Positions 10,702 to 24,192 are shown, numbered from the whole stretch's first letter. The stretch is 62,640 bases of DNA, filler included, from Basidiobolus ranarum (GCA_040143965.1; 13 parts of 13 records of this genome joined end to end with filler, not necessarily neighbours in it); one strand, 5' to 3'. Numbers and translations: made by a program. The notes: a model not told the origin generated them from the sequence alone.

Positions 10702-12156
10702 AGTAGTTACGCATCTAAATACTCTTATAGCATGTAAAGCATATTGAACAGCAATATACTTAAAGCACACCAAAATTTTTATGCATATTTGGAATGAATA
10801 TTTGAAAAATATGATAAAAACAATGTTGGCTCATTTTTTCAAAGGCTTCAAAACCTTCCTCTCAGCTTCTGTATTTCTTTAGCAAAGTGCTGCTGTTGTT
10901 ATTTCACTTCATTTCCAATAATAAACACAATACATCTTTCATTTTGAATCCAGGAAATAAATAGTTAGTAAGATACTCAGATATCCCAATATGCCTACCA
11001 TAATTATGAAAACTAGACTACTGATAATTTATTTGGTGTATGGAGGAAGCGGAGAGCTTGGCATCATGTAAAGGTAGTGGAGCGCTAGAGGCATCTATGG
11101 GCAGTCTAGTGCGCAAATACAGACATGCCACAGGACATTCCAAAGTAAGTCTGGTATTAGACTGGATGAGGTTTAATTCTTCGTCTATTACATTTGCAAA
11201 TTGACATTTCTCATTGCGGGTGGTGGGGATAATTCCAGCACTCATGACCTTAATTTCTGCTTAATTTAATAATTTGGAATATACTTTCAAACAGTATCTT
11301 CTTTTAATTGATAGTGTTTGGAGCCTGAGCAAGGGCAAGGTATACAGATGAATGAAGTCAGAGATGTCCCTTAGGGTTCGAATAAAGTACAACAAATTCA
11401 TGGTGTCGGAAACACGATATTGCACCCAGACGTAGAGATCTGATTTAAGATATAGATTGTTTATTAACTTTGACCAGATTATCCGTCATCTAATTCTTAT
11501 CTTTCATTGTACGAGTTTTCCTCTCAAGTGATTGCTCTTCAGCAGTGTCAAACTGCCGGTTCCTTGATGGTGGTTGTGTTGGTCATGAAAGCGATCATAA
11601 CACAGACTTACTTCCAGATAGCGATTACAATCACCTACGCCTTAGATCAGTTGTGAATGAGATGGGAGGGAATAAATTCGGGAGACTTTCTGTAACTCTT
11701 GCTGAATAAAGACGCTTCCTACCATGTTTGGTATCTTGAAACGTGATTGACTTTATGGAAATGGACTCAACAATAATCCTTTTCAGAATACTTCTACCAC
11801 CAGTGCTGCATCTAATTTTGTCAATTTGATTTTACATAGTTCTCACTCTGAACCAAAAAAAACCTTACAATCAATGGTTTGTGCAGAAACAGCAATAGAT
11901 ACAAGTATATAGAGGCCGAATACAGAGACTCCACTGAGAAGGGGATCCAGAACATCCTCCACCATTAGGATTAATGATATTCCTAAACTCTTGAGCCAGT
12001 GTTATTTTTCGCGCTTAAATAATAGCCCATGAACAGTATGCGTTGAGGATCAAACATGTCTACTTCTGGAGCAACTGACACCTAACAGTCTTGTCTTTCA
12101 GCTATATAAAGTAAATAGATGCTTGCAAATATACAACTTACTTCAAGTCTCCGAAA

Positions 12157-12690
12157 ATGCTGAAATTGTCCCTCAAAACGCTCTTCTCGCTGCTCACAGT
12201 TCTTGTGGGATTGATTTCCACACACGCATATGTTGTTTCTGAAGGGTGTGATTTTTCTGACCAGATTAATGACAATGCCCTTTGGTATGACATCAAAAAT
12301 CCGCAGTTCTGGAAATATTACAATGGGACTTGGTACTCCTCAGTTGCTCTTAGTAACGAATGGGCTTGGATGACCTGTACACCTACTATTAACCTTCCGG
12401 AAGGCCAAATTACCACCCAGGTGTGTCAAGAGTTTGTCAGTTCATTTATGGATTGGGTCCAATTGAATAAGACCGAGCCTGAATATTGCAATTACAATTG
12501 TGCTGATATGCATATTGGTCAGTTTACCTACTCCGTTCAGCCTTCACATGGAAAGGCTCTCTCAATTGAACTCAGTGGTAGTACCATTTACAGTGTATAC
12601 AGTGATATGCTTGTCCACCCTTGCTCACTGTCATTCAATTCTGATACTTTTTACTTTGATCTATGCAGTTATCCAATTGGAATATATTAA
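12157..12690 (+). CDS. Small predicted secreted Cys-containing protein (177 aa), unknown function
   Basis: Intact ORF with a hydrophobic signal peptide (MLKLSLKTLFSLLTVLVGLISTHA), 7 Cys, and TATAAA about 50 nt upstream. Confidence 0.8.
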   Translation: MLKLSLKTLFSLLTVLVGLISTHAYVVSEGCDFSDQINDNALWYDIKNPQFWKYYNGTWYSSVALSNEWAWMTCTPTINLPEGQITTQVCQEFVSSFMDWVQLNKTEPEYCNYNCADMHIGQFTYSVQPSHGKALSIELSGSTIYSVYSDMLVHPCSLSFNSDTFYFDLCSYPIGIY

Positions 12691-13515
12691 TCTTGATTTT
12701 CACCATCTGATCAGTCACCGTCGTTTTATCGTACGTCTCGTTTATTTTGCTCACAATAAAACCAATCCTTTGTAAACACCGCATACATATTTTACTAAGA
12801 GATATATTTGTCATGCATAGCCCTGATTGCAATGCAGCACACTTCCAATCTGATATTAATATTTTTAAAGTTGCTTCATTTGGTAGGTGAGATAACCTCA
12901 GAATTACCGAGAAAGCATGACACAGTTTTTGCTATCCAATGGCTTGGTTGAATGGCCTCGAATATACTTTATATTAGATGGGGTTTTTCAAAATGGATAA
13001 CTCAATGAGTGAATTGAAAGCAAATGAAACTGATCCAGTATTCAGGTAACAAATAAGTAGTGAAAGCAAAATATTCGAGAGATATGAATTGGGTAGTTCA
13101 AAGGATGCTTTTGGAGCTATCTCATTTCTATTCCTAAAGAGCATATCTCACTATTCAACTTTGAGGGTGTTCTGGATAAAGGTTTGGACCGAGCTAACAT
13201 AAAACATCAAGAACTGCAAATACAAATGAGGATGTGAAGTGACATACTCGAAGCACCCACCATTTCTAGTACTAAACCACTAATAGATTTTCAAACCAAT
13301 AGCATCGTTCGCCTTAATAACGTATATGAAATTCATGAAATAGAAAAAAGCACAATGTGCAAGCCACGACTATTAGTACAGCTTGAGGTCAAGTACAAGC
13401 CACGATATGAGAACTCAAATCGTTTTTTCCATTGTAGCATAAACTCATTCCAATGCTAATGGAGAGACTGCAACAAATCAAGTAGGATTTATCAATGAAT
13501 TTAATGAATGTTAAA

Positions 13516-13557
13516 GCGTTTATCAGGAGGTTGGTGGTTCAAGCCCACCCTGGAGTG
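13516..13557 (+). pseudogene. 3' half of a tRNA-Asn-like gene (relic)
   Basis: GTT-TA-TCAGG-AGGTT-GGTGG-TTCAAGC-CCACC-CTGGAGTG has the variable loop and T arm typical of eukaryotic tRNA-Asn, followed by a T4 run. No D arm or 5' acceptor strand upstream. Confidence 0.7.
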
Positions 13558-13671
13558 GTCTTTTGGACATGTATCATTTGATCATTTTCCGGTGAAAATC
13601 AATCCATGTATGCATGAAGTATTTTGGAGATGACCGAATGGCTAGAAATTGAATTCTAACCATTTTTGTGA

Positions 13672-13850
13672 GTAGACATCTACTATCTCACATTCATCCA
13701 GATGGAAAGACTCTCTCGATTGAACTGAGTGATAGTATCATTTAGAGCGTATACTAATATGCTTATCCACCCTTGCAAACTGTCATCTTATTCACATACT
13801 TTTTACTTCGATCTATGCAGCTATCTAATGTCATAGTTTGAATTTTCACC
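13672..13850 (+). pseudogene. Decayed partial duplicate of the 3' end of the 12157-12690 gene
   Basis: GATGGAAAGACTCTCTCGATTGAACTGAGT...TACTTTTTACTTCGATCTATGCAGCTATC aligns to 12550-12675 with an in-frame stop. The downstream flank is also duplicated (14051-14190 vs 12838-12978). Confidence 0.8.
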
Positions 13851-14303
13851 ACCCAACCATTCACCATCCAAACATTCACCCTCGCTTTATCATTTTATAT
13901 GAGTACAATCTAGTTGAGCTTACTAATGCCACCATAGTGCTGATATTACCATATTAAATGAATAGCAACTGATTCTACAAGTATGATTCCAACATATTTT
14001 GCTGAAACAAAAGCATGATCGGGGATAGAAGCAAGAATCTCTCCCATCAACACACTTCCAATCAGATTTCAAGAATTTCAAAGTTGCTTCATTTGGTAGG
14101 TGAGATAATCTCAGAATTACCGAGAAAGAGCGATAACAGTTCTTGCTGTCCAACAACTCGGTTAAATGGTTTTGAATATACTTCATATTTGGACATGAAA
14201 GCGGTGAACCGATTGCGCTCAGATTCTAAATGGCATTTTGTGGTACTACTTCGGGATCAAGTAATGCTTCCTGAGTAGATGTAAAAGTAAAAAAAATGCC
14301 ATG

Positions 14304-14389
14304 TAATGAATAATTTAATGAGTGGATTGAAGGTGAATGAGAAGAATAATGAATAACTTAATGAGTGGATTGAAGGTGAATGAGAAAAA
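14304..14389 (+). repeat. 43-bp tandem duplication
   Basis: TAATGAATAA(T/C)TTAATGAGTGGATTGAAGGTGAATGAGAA(G/A)AA twice in tandem. Confidence 0.85.
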
Positions 14390-14525
14390 TGATCCAGTAT
14401 CCAGGTTGTAAATTGCTGCCAATTGNNNNNNNNNNNNNNNNNNNNNNNNNNNNNNNNNNNNNNNNNNNNTTAATTAATTAANNNNNNNNNNNNNNNNNNN
14501 NNNNNNNNNNNNNNNNNNNNNNNNN

Positions 14526-14715
14526 AGAGGCAAAAGCTTTATAATGACATTTTTTCCCATTTTAGAGCAAGAGTAGAACATAGCTTTGGTTTCCTAAAGA
14601 GATATAGCATTGTAGCAGGAAAGTATAGAGTGGGCCTCAATCAAAGTTAGGCAAAGTAGTCAAAATCTTGATTAATTCTCAATACATCCATACTCAAAGA
14701 TATTTGTTGAGAGCT
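14526..14715 (+). mobile_element. PIF/Harbinger/ISL2EU-like (IS5-related) transposase C-terminal relic
   Basis: Manual translation QKLYNDIFSHFRARVEHSFGFLKRYSIVAGKYR carries the YN......R..VE..FG.LK signature. Confidence 0.7.
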
Positions 14716-14929
14716 CTAGACTTAAGACACTATGAATAAAGCTTTCATTATTTTTTGAATGTGCAATAATGTCTAAAAGTACTTTTCTCAAACATACCAC
14801 ATAAGTAAAATAAACTGTTTCCAAAATGGTAAATAACATTGTGGCAGATAGTGCCCAATCATGCCAATTTGTACTGGCACACTTTTTAGCTGGCCTGATC
14901 TGGCTCAATAAAATGGAACAAGTCTAGTA

Positions 14930-15904
14930 TTGACAATATTGGTAGTTGTTTGTGGATATTGTTAATATGTTTGTACAGCATCATCTCATATATGCAGATC
15001 TGAGGCACATACAATGACTGTACAAAGATTTTGTAGTTGGATATGAAAACTTTATTACAGGTTTGAAGAAGATAGACTAAATCTATACTGGTATTCAATA
15101 TATTCCCTGCTGCATCTTTCACAATGCTTAAAGATCATAGGCACTTGCTATACATTGTGGGGACTCTCAATGGAGAGTACCTGTGGTAAAATAATGATTT
15201 GTATGAAATCTTCAATATTACCATAAGCTAATCCAATTAACAATGTATTAGCAAAATCAGTATATGCATGTAATACAATGGGTTAAGGAGACTCCAGAGT
15301 ATATTAATCTTCCAGCAAAGAGCTCTTTTCAATGAGCTCACAGGTTTTTGCATGGTTTGAGTGCAATAACAACAACAAAACCCAATCCAGGAACACAGAT
15401 TAAGTGCCTCTGTAATCTGGACTAATTTGTCTGGGTGATAATCTGACAGTATATCTAGGAAAGCTGCAAGACAGCCTTCTTGGTGAGATTGGTTGGGATA
15501 TGCAGTATTATTGCTTTAGCAATGGGGCAATCTATTCAGGCAATGACACATCTACTTGTGTCAGGACATTTGTTGACTGCAAGTTGTGGATACTTTAGCT
15601 GAATTCTTTATGGAAATTTGCCAAAATCAAAGAGCTCATTCTCATTGTGAATGGTAACAATAGTCAGTTATTTGCAAAGTGTCGGTGCTATTCAAAATTT
15701 CAGATACTTAGGAAATTAAATAATGCATGCCAAATGTAAGGATCAATAATTTTACATGTATCAATAGTGTCAAAATACCAACAAGAGGCCACCATTACAC
15801 CATCAAAATCCCTGGCTGAATCCAAGCCACCAACATTGTGATGGTTCTCTGATGGTTGTGCAATCCAGAAGAATGGATTTGATCCAGATCAAATCAATTT
15901 TATT
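14930..15904 (+). mobile_element. CMC/EnSpm-like transposase 3' region and subterminal sequence (degenerate)
   Basis: Translates with stops to LFVDIV...DFV..YE.FYYRFEEDRL...SLLHLSQCLKIIG.CY..W...ME..CG. Homologous to the reverse complement of 21350-22130. Confidence 0.8.
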
Positions 15905-17266
15905 ACACCATACTTACCATCAGAAAATTGTAATGCCATTCAAAAAGTTTTAAGATCAAAACTGGCTTCTAAGCAACTGCCTGCTGGCACCAAAGGAAAA
16001 AAACCAACAAGAACAGATGACTTAATTGGTGAGCAGTCTAGTGATTCACTATCCACTTTGGAAGGCATTAACATCCTGGAAACTAACTTGAGCAATGATG
16101 AAGCATTAATCAATTTGCCAGCTGTGTTCCTTTCCAACAGTAGTGCAAGTAAATAGATTGTGATCCCCTGATTATGTAGTAAATCAATATTTGAGTAAGT
16201 ACAACAGAAACATCATCAACTTCCAAAATAGCTACTTTGCCAACTATTAAACACCTCTCTGTAGAAATTTGGATAGAATTATTACCACCAAGGAATTTCA
16301 GGCAGAACACCATTATGATTTGTATGCAATCCAAAGTAAAAACTACAAAGTTGCTATACAGGTCATGACAAGCATTCATACCACAATATCACAATTAATG
16401 CAGCATTTGGAGGCAACTTGTCAACAGTTAAAGAGTCCTTAAAAAATAACACAAGACATTCAGAATGCTGTACTTGAGCTACAGCAACATGTTGCTCTCT
16501 CAATCCACTCTCATACTGGATTTCAATCAATCCCACACCACATTTATGAATGTCACTATGATAATCAAGCAGAGCAGATTATGTGTTTTCCTATTAAGCC
16601 TACACAACAATGCAAAATAACTTGTGCACATGAAGGTAGAAATCTTATAGGAAAATTAGCAAACCAAAAGACTATGAATGTCAGAGATGCAGTCACTAGC
16701 TCTGATGATGAGTGGCTTACCATTTTGGAAACTGTTCAGAATCTTGCCCAAAAGAACCTTAATTTGAGCCAATTGTGGAAAAAACAAAAACCAGGCATTA
16801 CTCTGAAGGTTCTTGACTTATTTCATGTGGCCTATCCCAGGTTTTTGCAAGCAAATGGCAATTAGGCTAGTGTAGGCCTATACATATGACATCTAAAAAA
16901 TGTATGCAAATTCCAACTTGGAAAAGAAAGAAAAGCGGCTAAAGATGTACTCAAAGAGTAGCAAGTTAGCAAACACAAAGGAAAAGCAAAGGAGCCAGTT
17001 AATTTAGGCTATACTGTCCCACTGACTGAATTTTTCACACCATCACAAAGATCTGTATTTCCTTAGTCCCATATACTTATAACAAGGCTTGATTTCACCA
17101 TCAAACCAGGTACATTAGTTGAAACAGTGCTAAATTTGGAAGTGTTATCCAACACCTGGTGCCTCTCAACAAGCCAAAACACTAATGAATAAAACTCATG
17201 GCTCTCAAACCTCAACTGGTACTTTATAAAGTGTTTCAATAAGCTGCAAATTTACAAGCTAGCAAA
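15905..17266 (+). mobile_element. CMC-associated ORF2 relic, cut by a copia LTR
   Basis: Homologous to 24826-26000 and to the reverse complement of 26800-28170 (QKPGITLKVLDLFHVAYP.FLQANGN). Confidence 0.8.
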
Positions 17267-19259
17267 TATTAAAGTATTTGGGAGCCTGTTGGAAGTTCTT
17301 TGGAGAATTAGAGGAATTGGTGGTTTTGACTTATTGGACTTGTTCTCTGTGATAGTGCCAGATTGTGCTGTATATATTGTATTAGATAGAGTATTCTAAA
17401 ATTTATGCGGCACAATTTGGCACTATCCAGCACCCTCCAGCATGATCAGATTCCTTCATATTTACTTTAATATATTGATCCAAGGTCTGATAAATCCTGG
17501 CACAATGGAACATGTCCATTGGCATATTGAGTAGAAAGTTGCCATTTATAGTTTTGTAAAGATGTAAACAAACTAACATGTATAATGTGTTAAGGAAGGT
17601 CCCTGGAACATGTGTGCAAAGTTTGGGGCTTATTTTACCAATCAAAACCTGGTACCCATTAGCTAATTCAGATCTCAAAAATTGTGTGAGAGGTCCATTC
17701 AGGGCCTTTCTTACAGTCTGGGGCTCATATATTTGAGCTGTGCTGGTATAGGGCTAATTTTGGGACCGATTCATATAGTAAACCCAGCTATTTCTGATCT
17801 AATTTAAGCTCCAGGTTTTGGATAGAGATACTGCAACTTCTGGCATTGTATTGGGCACTTGAGTAAGCAAAATATCAGTTGAGGGGTCCACAGGAATGCT
17901 ATCTTTTTCATTGATTTGGTTTGAATCAATTTGAATGATTGAAACAGGAGAAAATTGATTTTTATCATCATCTAAGGTCATTTTGGGTGAAAATATTTCA
18001 TTTTCATTAAATAAAACATCTCTGGACTTGATTAAGTTGTAAATTTTGGTATCATAGAGTCTGTAGGCCTTAGCTTGAATACAATAACCTAGAAATATGC
18101 ATTTCTTACTTTTTGGATCAAGTTTAGACCAACTTTTGGTCATAATTTTAACATAAGCAATGCATCAAAAGATCCTCAAACATTTTACATCAGGTTTAAC
18201 TCCAAACCAAGCTTGAAATGGTGTAGAGTTAGACAGACTTCTAGTAAAACTCCTATTCTTGCAATATACAGCCATAGCTACAGATTCCACCAAAAAGTTA
18301 TGAGATAAATTTTGTGCATTTAACATAGATCTTGCCATTTTTATTATAGTCCTGTTAGCTCTGTCAGCAACTCCATTTTGTTGAGGGGAATAGGTGGCAG
18401 TAGTTTCTTGCTTAATTCTATGATTATTGCAAAAGTGCTTAAATAATGTTGATTTATATTCTCCATCATTGGCAGCATATATTTTCTTAATTTTGGTTCC
18501 AGTTTCAGTCTCCCCAAGTGTTTTAAAATCTCTGATGATTGAGAGATCTTCTTCTTTTCTTTTGATAAAGTAGACCCAAGTGTATCTTGTATAATCATCA
18601 ATTGATAGGATTAAATATCTTTTTCCACCTAAAAATAAAGTTTGCATAGGTCCACACAAATCTGAATGAATTAGATCCTATTTTTTAACAGATTTGATTA
18701 AACCTGAGCTCTTGAACAATTGCCTGGCTGGTTTCCATATATACAACCCTCACAAACTCTCATATTGGTGGGGGGTTAATTTGAATCCGGAAATTAAGCA
18801 GTTTTGATCATTTTGTTCCAATAATTAAATCCAATATGGCCAAATCACTTATGCCACAATGAAATAGTTTATTGATTGGAATAACTTATATTTACACATA
18901 GACCTCTTGGATTATATGTAAGTTTGTATAATTTCTGATCCCTTTCTCCCAAAGCTAAATAATTGCCATTTTGATCAGTGATGACACATCCTGACTTATT
19001 GAAATTGAATTTTAGCCCTTCTGAGGTGGCCTTGCATACCAATATTAAATTCTTGGCAATAAATGCAACATGTTATACATCCTTAAAAGTATATGCTTTC
19101 TCTTCAGAAGCTCCAGTTAAATTGACTTGAATTGTTCCCATTCCAATAGCATCCAATGTGCAGTCATCTCCCATGAAAACCTTTCTAATTGGGATTTCTT
19201 CATATTCCACAAACCAATGTTTTTCATTTGTGAAATGTTGGGAAGCTCCAGAATCAATA
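17267..19259 (-). mobile_element. Ty1/copia family A relic: protease-integrase-RT start, deleted into a 3' LTR remnant (17267-17630)
   Basis: DSGASQH, CGPM...GGKRY....IDDYTRYTWVYF, YSPQQNGVA.R.NRTI, KLDPKSKKCIFLGY....KAYRLYD. Homologous to 54500-56130. Confidence 0.92.
17336..17517 (+). mobile_element. 182-bp MITE inserted in a copia A LTR, TSD ATT
   Basis: ATT-GGACTTGTTC...GAACATGTCC-ATT; same element at 31129 and 57221. Confidence 0.9.
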
Positions 19260-19359
19260 NNNNNNNNNNNNNNNNNNNNNNNNNNNNNNNNNNNNNNNNN
19301 NNNTTAATTAATTAANNNNNNNNNNNNNNNNNNNNNNNNNNNNNNNNNNNNNNNNNNNN

Positions 19360-19802
19360 TGCTAGTGCTATTCAAATTTCAGGTGTTTAGCAATTTTTCA
19401 ACCATTAGTTTGCTGGTTAAGCATATTGATATTGTTGAGTCATGTCGGATCAGTCAGGTGTGTGCATATATAGAGACTAAACCCAACAGGATTCTTGTAT
19501 TTTTTGATTCTCATTATGGCTGGAATACAAAGCCAAGAATATCTAAATAAAGGCATGCATATTAATTCAAATTCCTACAGCAGTAAACCCAGTAATTTGC
19601 CATTCAAAAATTATATTTTTGCAAAAATTGCCAGAAGTTAATATCACTTGCCAAATATGAGCATCAATATTTTAACATGTATGAATACCATCAAAATACC
19701 CAGCAGATTACAAGCCATCAATATTGTGACAGTTCTCTGACAGTTTTGCCATTTAGAAGGGTGGATCCAATCCAAATCAAAATGTTTCTATTTTTGTTAG
19801 GG
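19360..19802 (+). mobile_element. CMC-like element, end A (downstream of the transposase), terminating ATTTTTGTTAGGG
   Basis: Homologous to 38671-39013; similarity between copies stops at TGTTAGGG. Confidence 0.8.
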
Positions 19803-21140
19803 AATAATATAGGTAGAAATGCAACTTTGGTTGCACCAGTAAGCCCAGACAACTTTGAGGACTTGCTGCTAGATGTTGACCTCAGTTATTGCAGTACTGA
19901 TGGTAGTATACTAGAAGTTGAAGAAGAAGACAATGGTTTTGTTACAGACTCTTTGTTATTGACAAGCACTAGTCCACTCATAACACTCACAGTAAAGGAA
20001 GCAGTTTTGATTATTTAGGAGTGGAGAGTTCAATCCAATCTTAGCAAGTAGGTGTTAATTGGTTTTCTGACACTTTTACCTCATTTGATTTGCAACTGTT
20101 ACCTGCCACAGACCTGGTACAAGTGGAAAACATTTGTCACTCATATGACTCAAAATCCTTCAGTAATTAAACTACCTTCATGTCCAAATTGTTGTTTAGC
20201 TTTCACTGGTGATCTGAATAACCTGAAGTCATGCACTGTTTGCACACAACTAGCAATCACTGAACCAGGTAAATCTTGATCTTATTTGGCTTACATACTG
20301 CTGATTCCCCATCTTATAGCTTTGATGAAATCACCCAAATATAGATCACTGATCTAATACCAAAATACTCCCTGCAAAGCTGATGGTATTACTGATATAC
20401 TTGATGGATATAACTACCAGAATCTGACAAGTCCAGGTTTCTTAGAGAACATGTATGATCATGCATTTGCATTGGCTCTTGATGGTTTCTTACTAAACAA
20501 ACATACAGTTTGAAAGGCTTGCTGGCCAATTATTTGATTAACTTAAGTTTTCCTCCTTCTGAACAGTATATGAGTCACAATATTTTGATACTATCAATCA
20601 TAACTGTAACTAAATCACCAGTACTTATAGATAGCTTCTTGGAGCCTTTGATTGCCAAATTTGAATGGTTATCTCATGGAGTTCAGATGGGTGAATACTT
20701 TATTGAAGCTGATATTAATGTATGCATTGGTGACACTCCTGCCATCAGTAAACTTGGGGTTTTTGCATGCAAATGCTCTATCTTGCAGTAGATTTTGTCA
20801 AATCAATAGGATTTACTCTATCAGGCATACACACTACTACTAGCCAAGCTACAAAACTAAACTCCATGATTTTACCATCAAGAGCCCAGTCCAATTTCAA
20901 CATGATCACTGATACCAATTCACCAAATAGCCAGTTTAACATCAAACTTGATATTAGCCTTAAGCCTAAGATTATATTGCTAAAGGGGATCAGCTGGAGC
21001 CAGAGCTTCCCCTTAGGCACTACACACTTACTATTCAATAACATTCCAATACTACTCACTCAGCTATATAGCAGAAAATTCAATATGAATGAACCATTTG
21101 ATGTAGGGTCAAAGTTGAAATCAATTGGGAAACTTTTGAA
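19803..21140 (+). mobile_element. CMC/EnSpm (CACTA-type, Transposase_21-like) transposase pseudogene, N-terminal two thirds
   Basis: CPNCCLAF..C..C, LIPHL, DILDG..Y, ALALDGF, INLSFPPSEQY...N, SP..IDSFLEPLI, GDTPAISKLG; many stops and frameshifts. Confidence 0.85.
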
Positions 21141-23620
21141 TGGCAAATTACTGGGATTACTGCTGTAGGAATTTGAATTAATATGCATGTCTTTATTTAG
21201 ATATTTTTGGCTTTGTATTCCAGCCATAATGAGAATCAAAAGATACAAGAATCTTGTTGCGTTTAGTCTCAACATATGTACATACTTAACTGATCAGACA
21301 TAACTCCCAAACATCAATATGCTTTAGCAGCAAACTAATGATGGAAAATTGTTAAACATCTGAAATTTTGAATAGCACTAAAACTTGGCAAATAGCAGAC
21401 TCTTGTTACTATTCACAATGAGAATAAGCTCTTGGATTTTGGCAAATTTCTGTAAAGAATACAGCTAATATATCAATGACTTGCAGTCAACCAATGTCCT
21501 GCCACAAGTAGATGCATCATTGCTTGAATAGATTTCCCCATGGCTAAAACAATAACACTGCATATCTCAATCTGTATCACCAAGAAGTCTGTCTTGCAGC
21601 TATCCTAGAAATACCCTCAGATAATCACACAAATAAATTAGTACAACTTATAGAGGTACTTACTCTGTGTCCATGGATTGGTCTTTGAGGCTGTTATTGT
21701 GCTCAAAAAATGCAAAAACCCAAGAGCACATTGAAAAGAGCCCTTTGTTGGAAGATTAATATACTTTGGAGTCTCCTTAACCCTTTGCATTACATCTATC
21801 ACTGATTATGCTGATATATCATTAATCAGATTAGCTTACAGTAATACTGATGATTTCACACAGAGCATCATTTCACTGCAGGTGCACTCCATTGGGAGCT
21901 TACAGAATGTATAGCAAGGGCCTATAATCTCTAAGCATTGGGAAAAAAGCAGCAGGAAATGTATTTAATACAAGCATAGATTCAGTATATACTCTTTGAA
22001 CCTGTAATAAAATTTGTCATATGCAATTACAAAATCTTTGCACAATTGCTTTATCTACCTGAGATCTACCAATGTGAGTTGATGCTCTAAGAACATACTA
22101 ACAATATCCACAAACAACTCCCAATGTTACCAATACTTATCAGGCAGAAATCTTTTTGAGATTCCACTTGAATATCCACAAATCAAATACTTCCAGTCTT
22201 TGCATTTGAATAAATGCCTAGATGAGTGGATATTGATGGGAGTCATGCTAAAATATGATGGTATCTTGATGTTTTCTAACATTTTCCCAATCAATTCAAA
22301 CTTTGATCCTATCTCAAATGGCTCATTCCTATTGAATTTTCCACTATGTAGCTGAGTAAACAGTATTGGAATGTTGTTGAACAGTAAGCCCATAGTGTCT
22401 AATGGGAAACTCTGGCTCCAGCTGATCTCCTTTAGCAAAATAATCTTAGGCTTATAACTAATACCAAGTTCAAACTTAGACGGACTATTTAGTGAATTGA
22501 TATCAGCAATGATTTTGAAATCTGACCGGACTCTTGATGGTAAAATCATGGAGTTTAGTTTGTATTTGGATAGTAGCCATGCATATGCTTGATAGAGTAG
22601 ACTCCATTGATTAGACAAAATCTACAGCAAGATAGAGCATTGTGCCCACAAAAACCTCCAAGTTTGCTGATAGCTGGAGTGTAACTAATACATACAATGA
22701 TATTAGCTTTAAATCAATATTCACCCATCTGAACCCCATTAGATAGCTGTTCAAACTCTACAATCAAAGGCTCCAAGAAGCTATCTGTAAGCACTGGTGA
22801 TTAAGGTCCAAATATGATGGGTAGTATCAAAATATTATGACTCTTATACTTTTCAGAAGGAGGAAGATTTAAGTTAATTAAAAATTATTTGTCAGCTAGC
22901 CTTCCCAATGGTACATTTGTTTAGCAAGAAACTATCGAGAGCCAATGAAAATGGATGATCAAATGTGTTCACAAAGAAACCTTGACTTTTTGGATTCTGG
23001 GAGTGATCACCATTAAGTATATAGGTAATACCATCAGCTTTCTGGCAAGTGCTTTTTGGTATTGGATCAAGGATTTATATTTGGGTTATTTCATCAAAAC
23101 TTTAGGATGGGGAATCAATGGTATGTAAGCCAAATATGAACAATATTTACCTGATTCAGTGATTACCAATTACATGCAAACAGTACATTACTTCAGGTTT
23201 TATAGATCACTGGTGAAAGCCAAACAACCATTTGAACATGAAGGTAGTTTAATTGCTGAAGGATTATAAGTTATACAATTGACTAGTGTTTTTAACTTGT
23301 ACCAGGTCTGTAGCAAGCAACAGTTGCCAATCAACGGTGGTAAAATTGTAAAAAACCAATATACATCTGGTTGCTAAGATTGAATTGAAATCTCCACTCC
23401 TCAATAATCAAAGATGCTTCCTGTACAGTAAGTGTTATCAGTGCACTCATGCTTGCCAATAACAAAGAGTTCAAAAGAAAACCATACTCTTCTTCATCAA
23501 CTTTGGATATACTACCATCAGTACTGAAAAACCAAGGTCAACATCTAGCAGCATGTCCTCAAAGTAGTCTAGATTTACTGGTTCAACCAAAGTTGCATTT
23601 CAATCTACATCATTCTGGCC
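21141..23620 (-). mobile_element. Second, inverted CMC/EnSpm transposase pseudogene including its C-terminal region
   Basis: Reverse-complement homology to 19803-21140, 14930-15700 and 19360-19610; FPLDTM.LLF.NI and FKCKDWK motifs. Confidence 0.85.
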
Positions 23621-24192
23621 ATATAACTGTGATAACACCATGGTATCTTAACTTTTGGCAGTGTTACCAAAACTTTGAGGCAAAGTACAGTCAGTGGATT
23701 CAGTGGGCAAAACCAAAGTCAATTTTGTGCACTTATTACTAACGTCATTCACCAGGCTTTGTACAGTGACCTTGCTTTTGATTATTTTTTCTGTGAAGCC
23801 TCTGGCTTTCATAGCACAAAAATTTGTGATAATAATAGCAAGGCTTCTTTAAATGTTTGTATTGTGATGTAGTGAGGGAGCATTGCTACCCACTGGCAGG
23901 CTGACTTATTTCCACATCAAGCTCATATCATTACTATTGCACTATTTCTACTTTATTATCTATATATGACTTACCCATATCTTCTAGCCAATCATATTGC
24001 AACATTTGTATTATCCCCAATCATTTCAGATTTATCAGTAATAACCCACCTTAGCCCTATTATTTTCTGGAAAATTCCACAATCTTCCAGAANNNNNNNN
24101 NNNNNNNNNNNNNNNNNNNNNNNNNNNNNNNNNNNNTTAATTAATTAANNNNNNNNNNNNNNNNNNNNNNNNNNNNNNNNNNNNNNNNNNNN

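Noticed and set aside
19796-19802. Recurrent GTTAGGG as telomere addition sites
   Set aside because: Single units always at the same point of two repeat ends; better explained as the transposon TIR.
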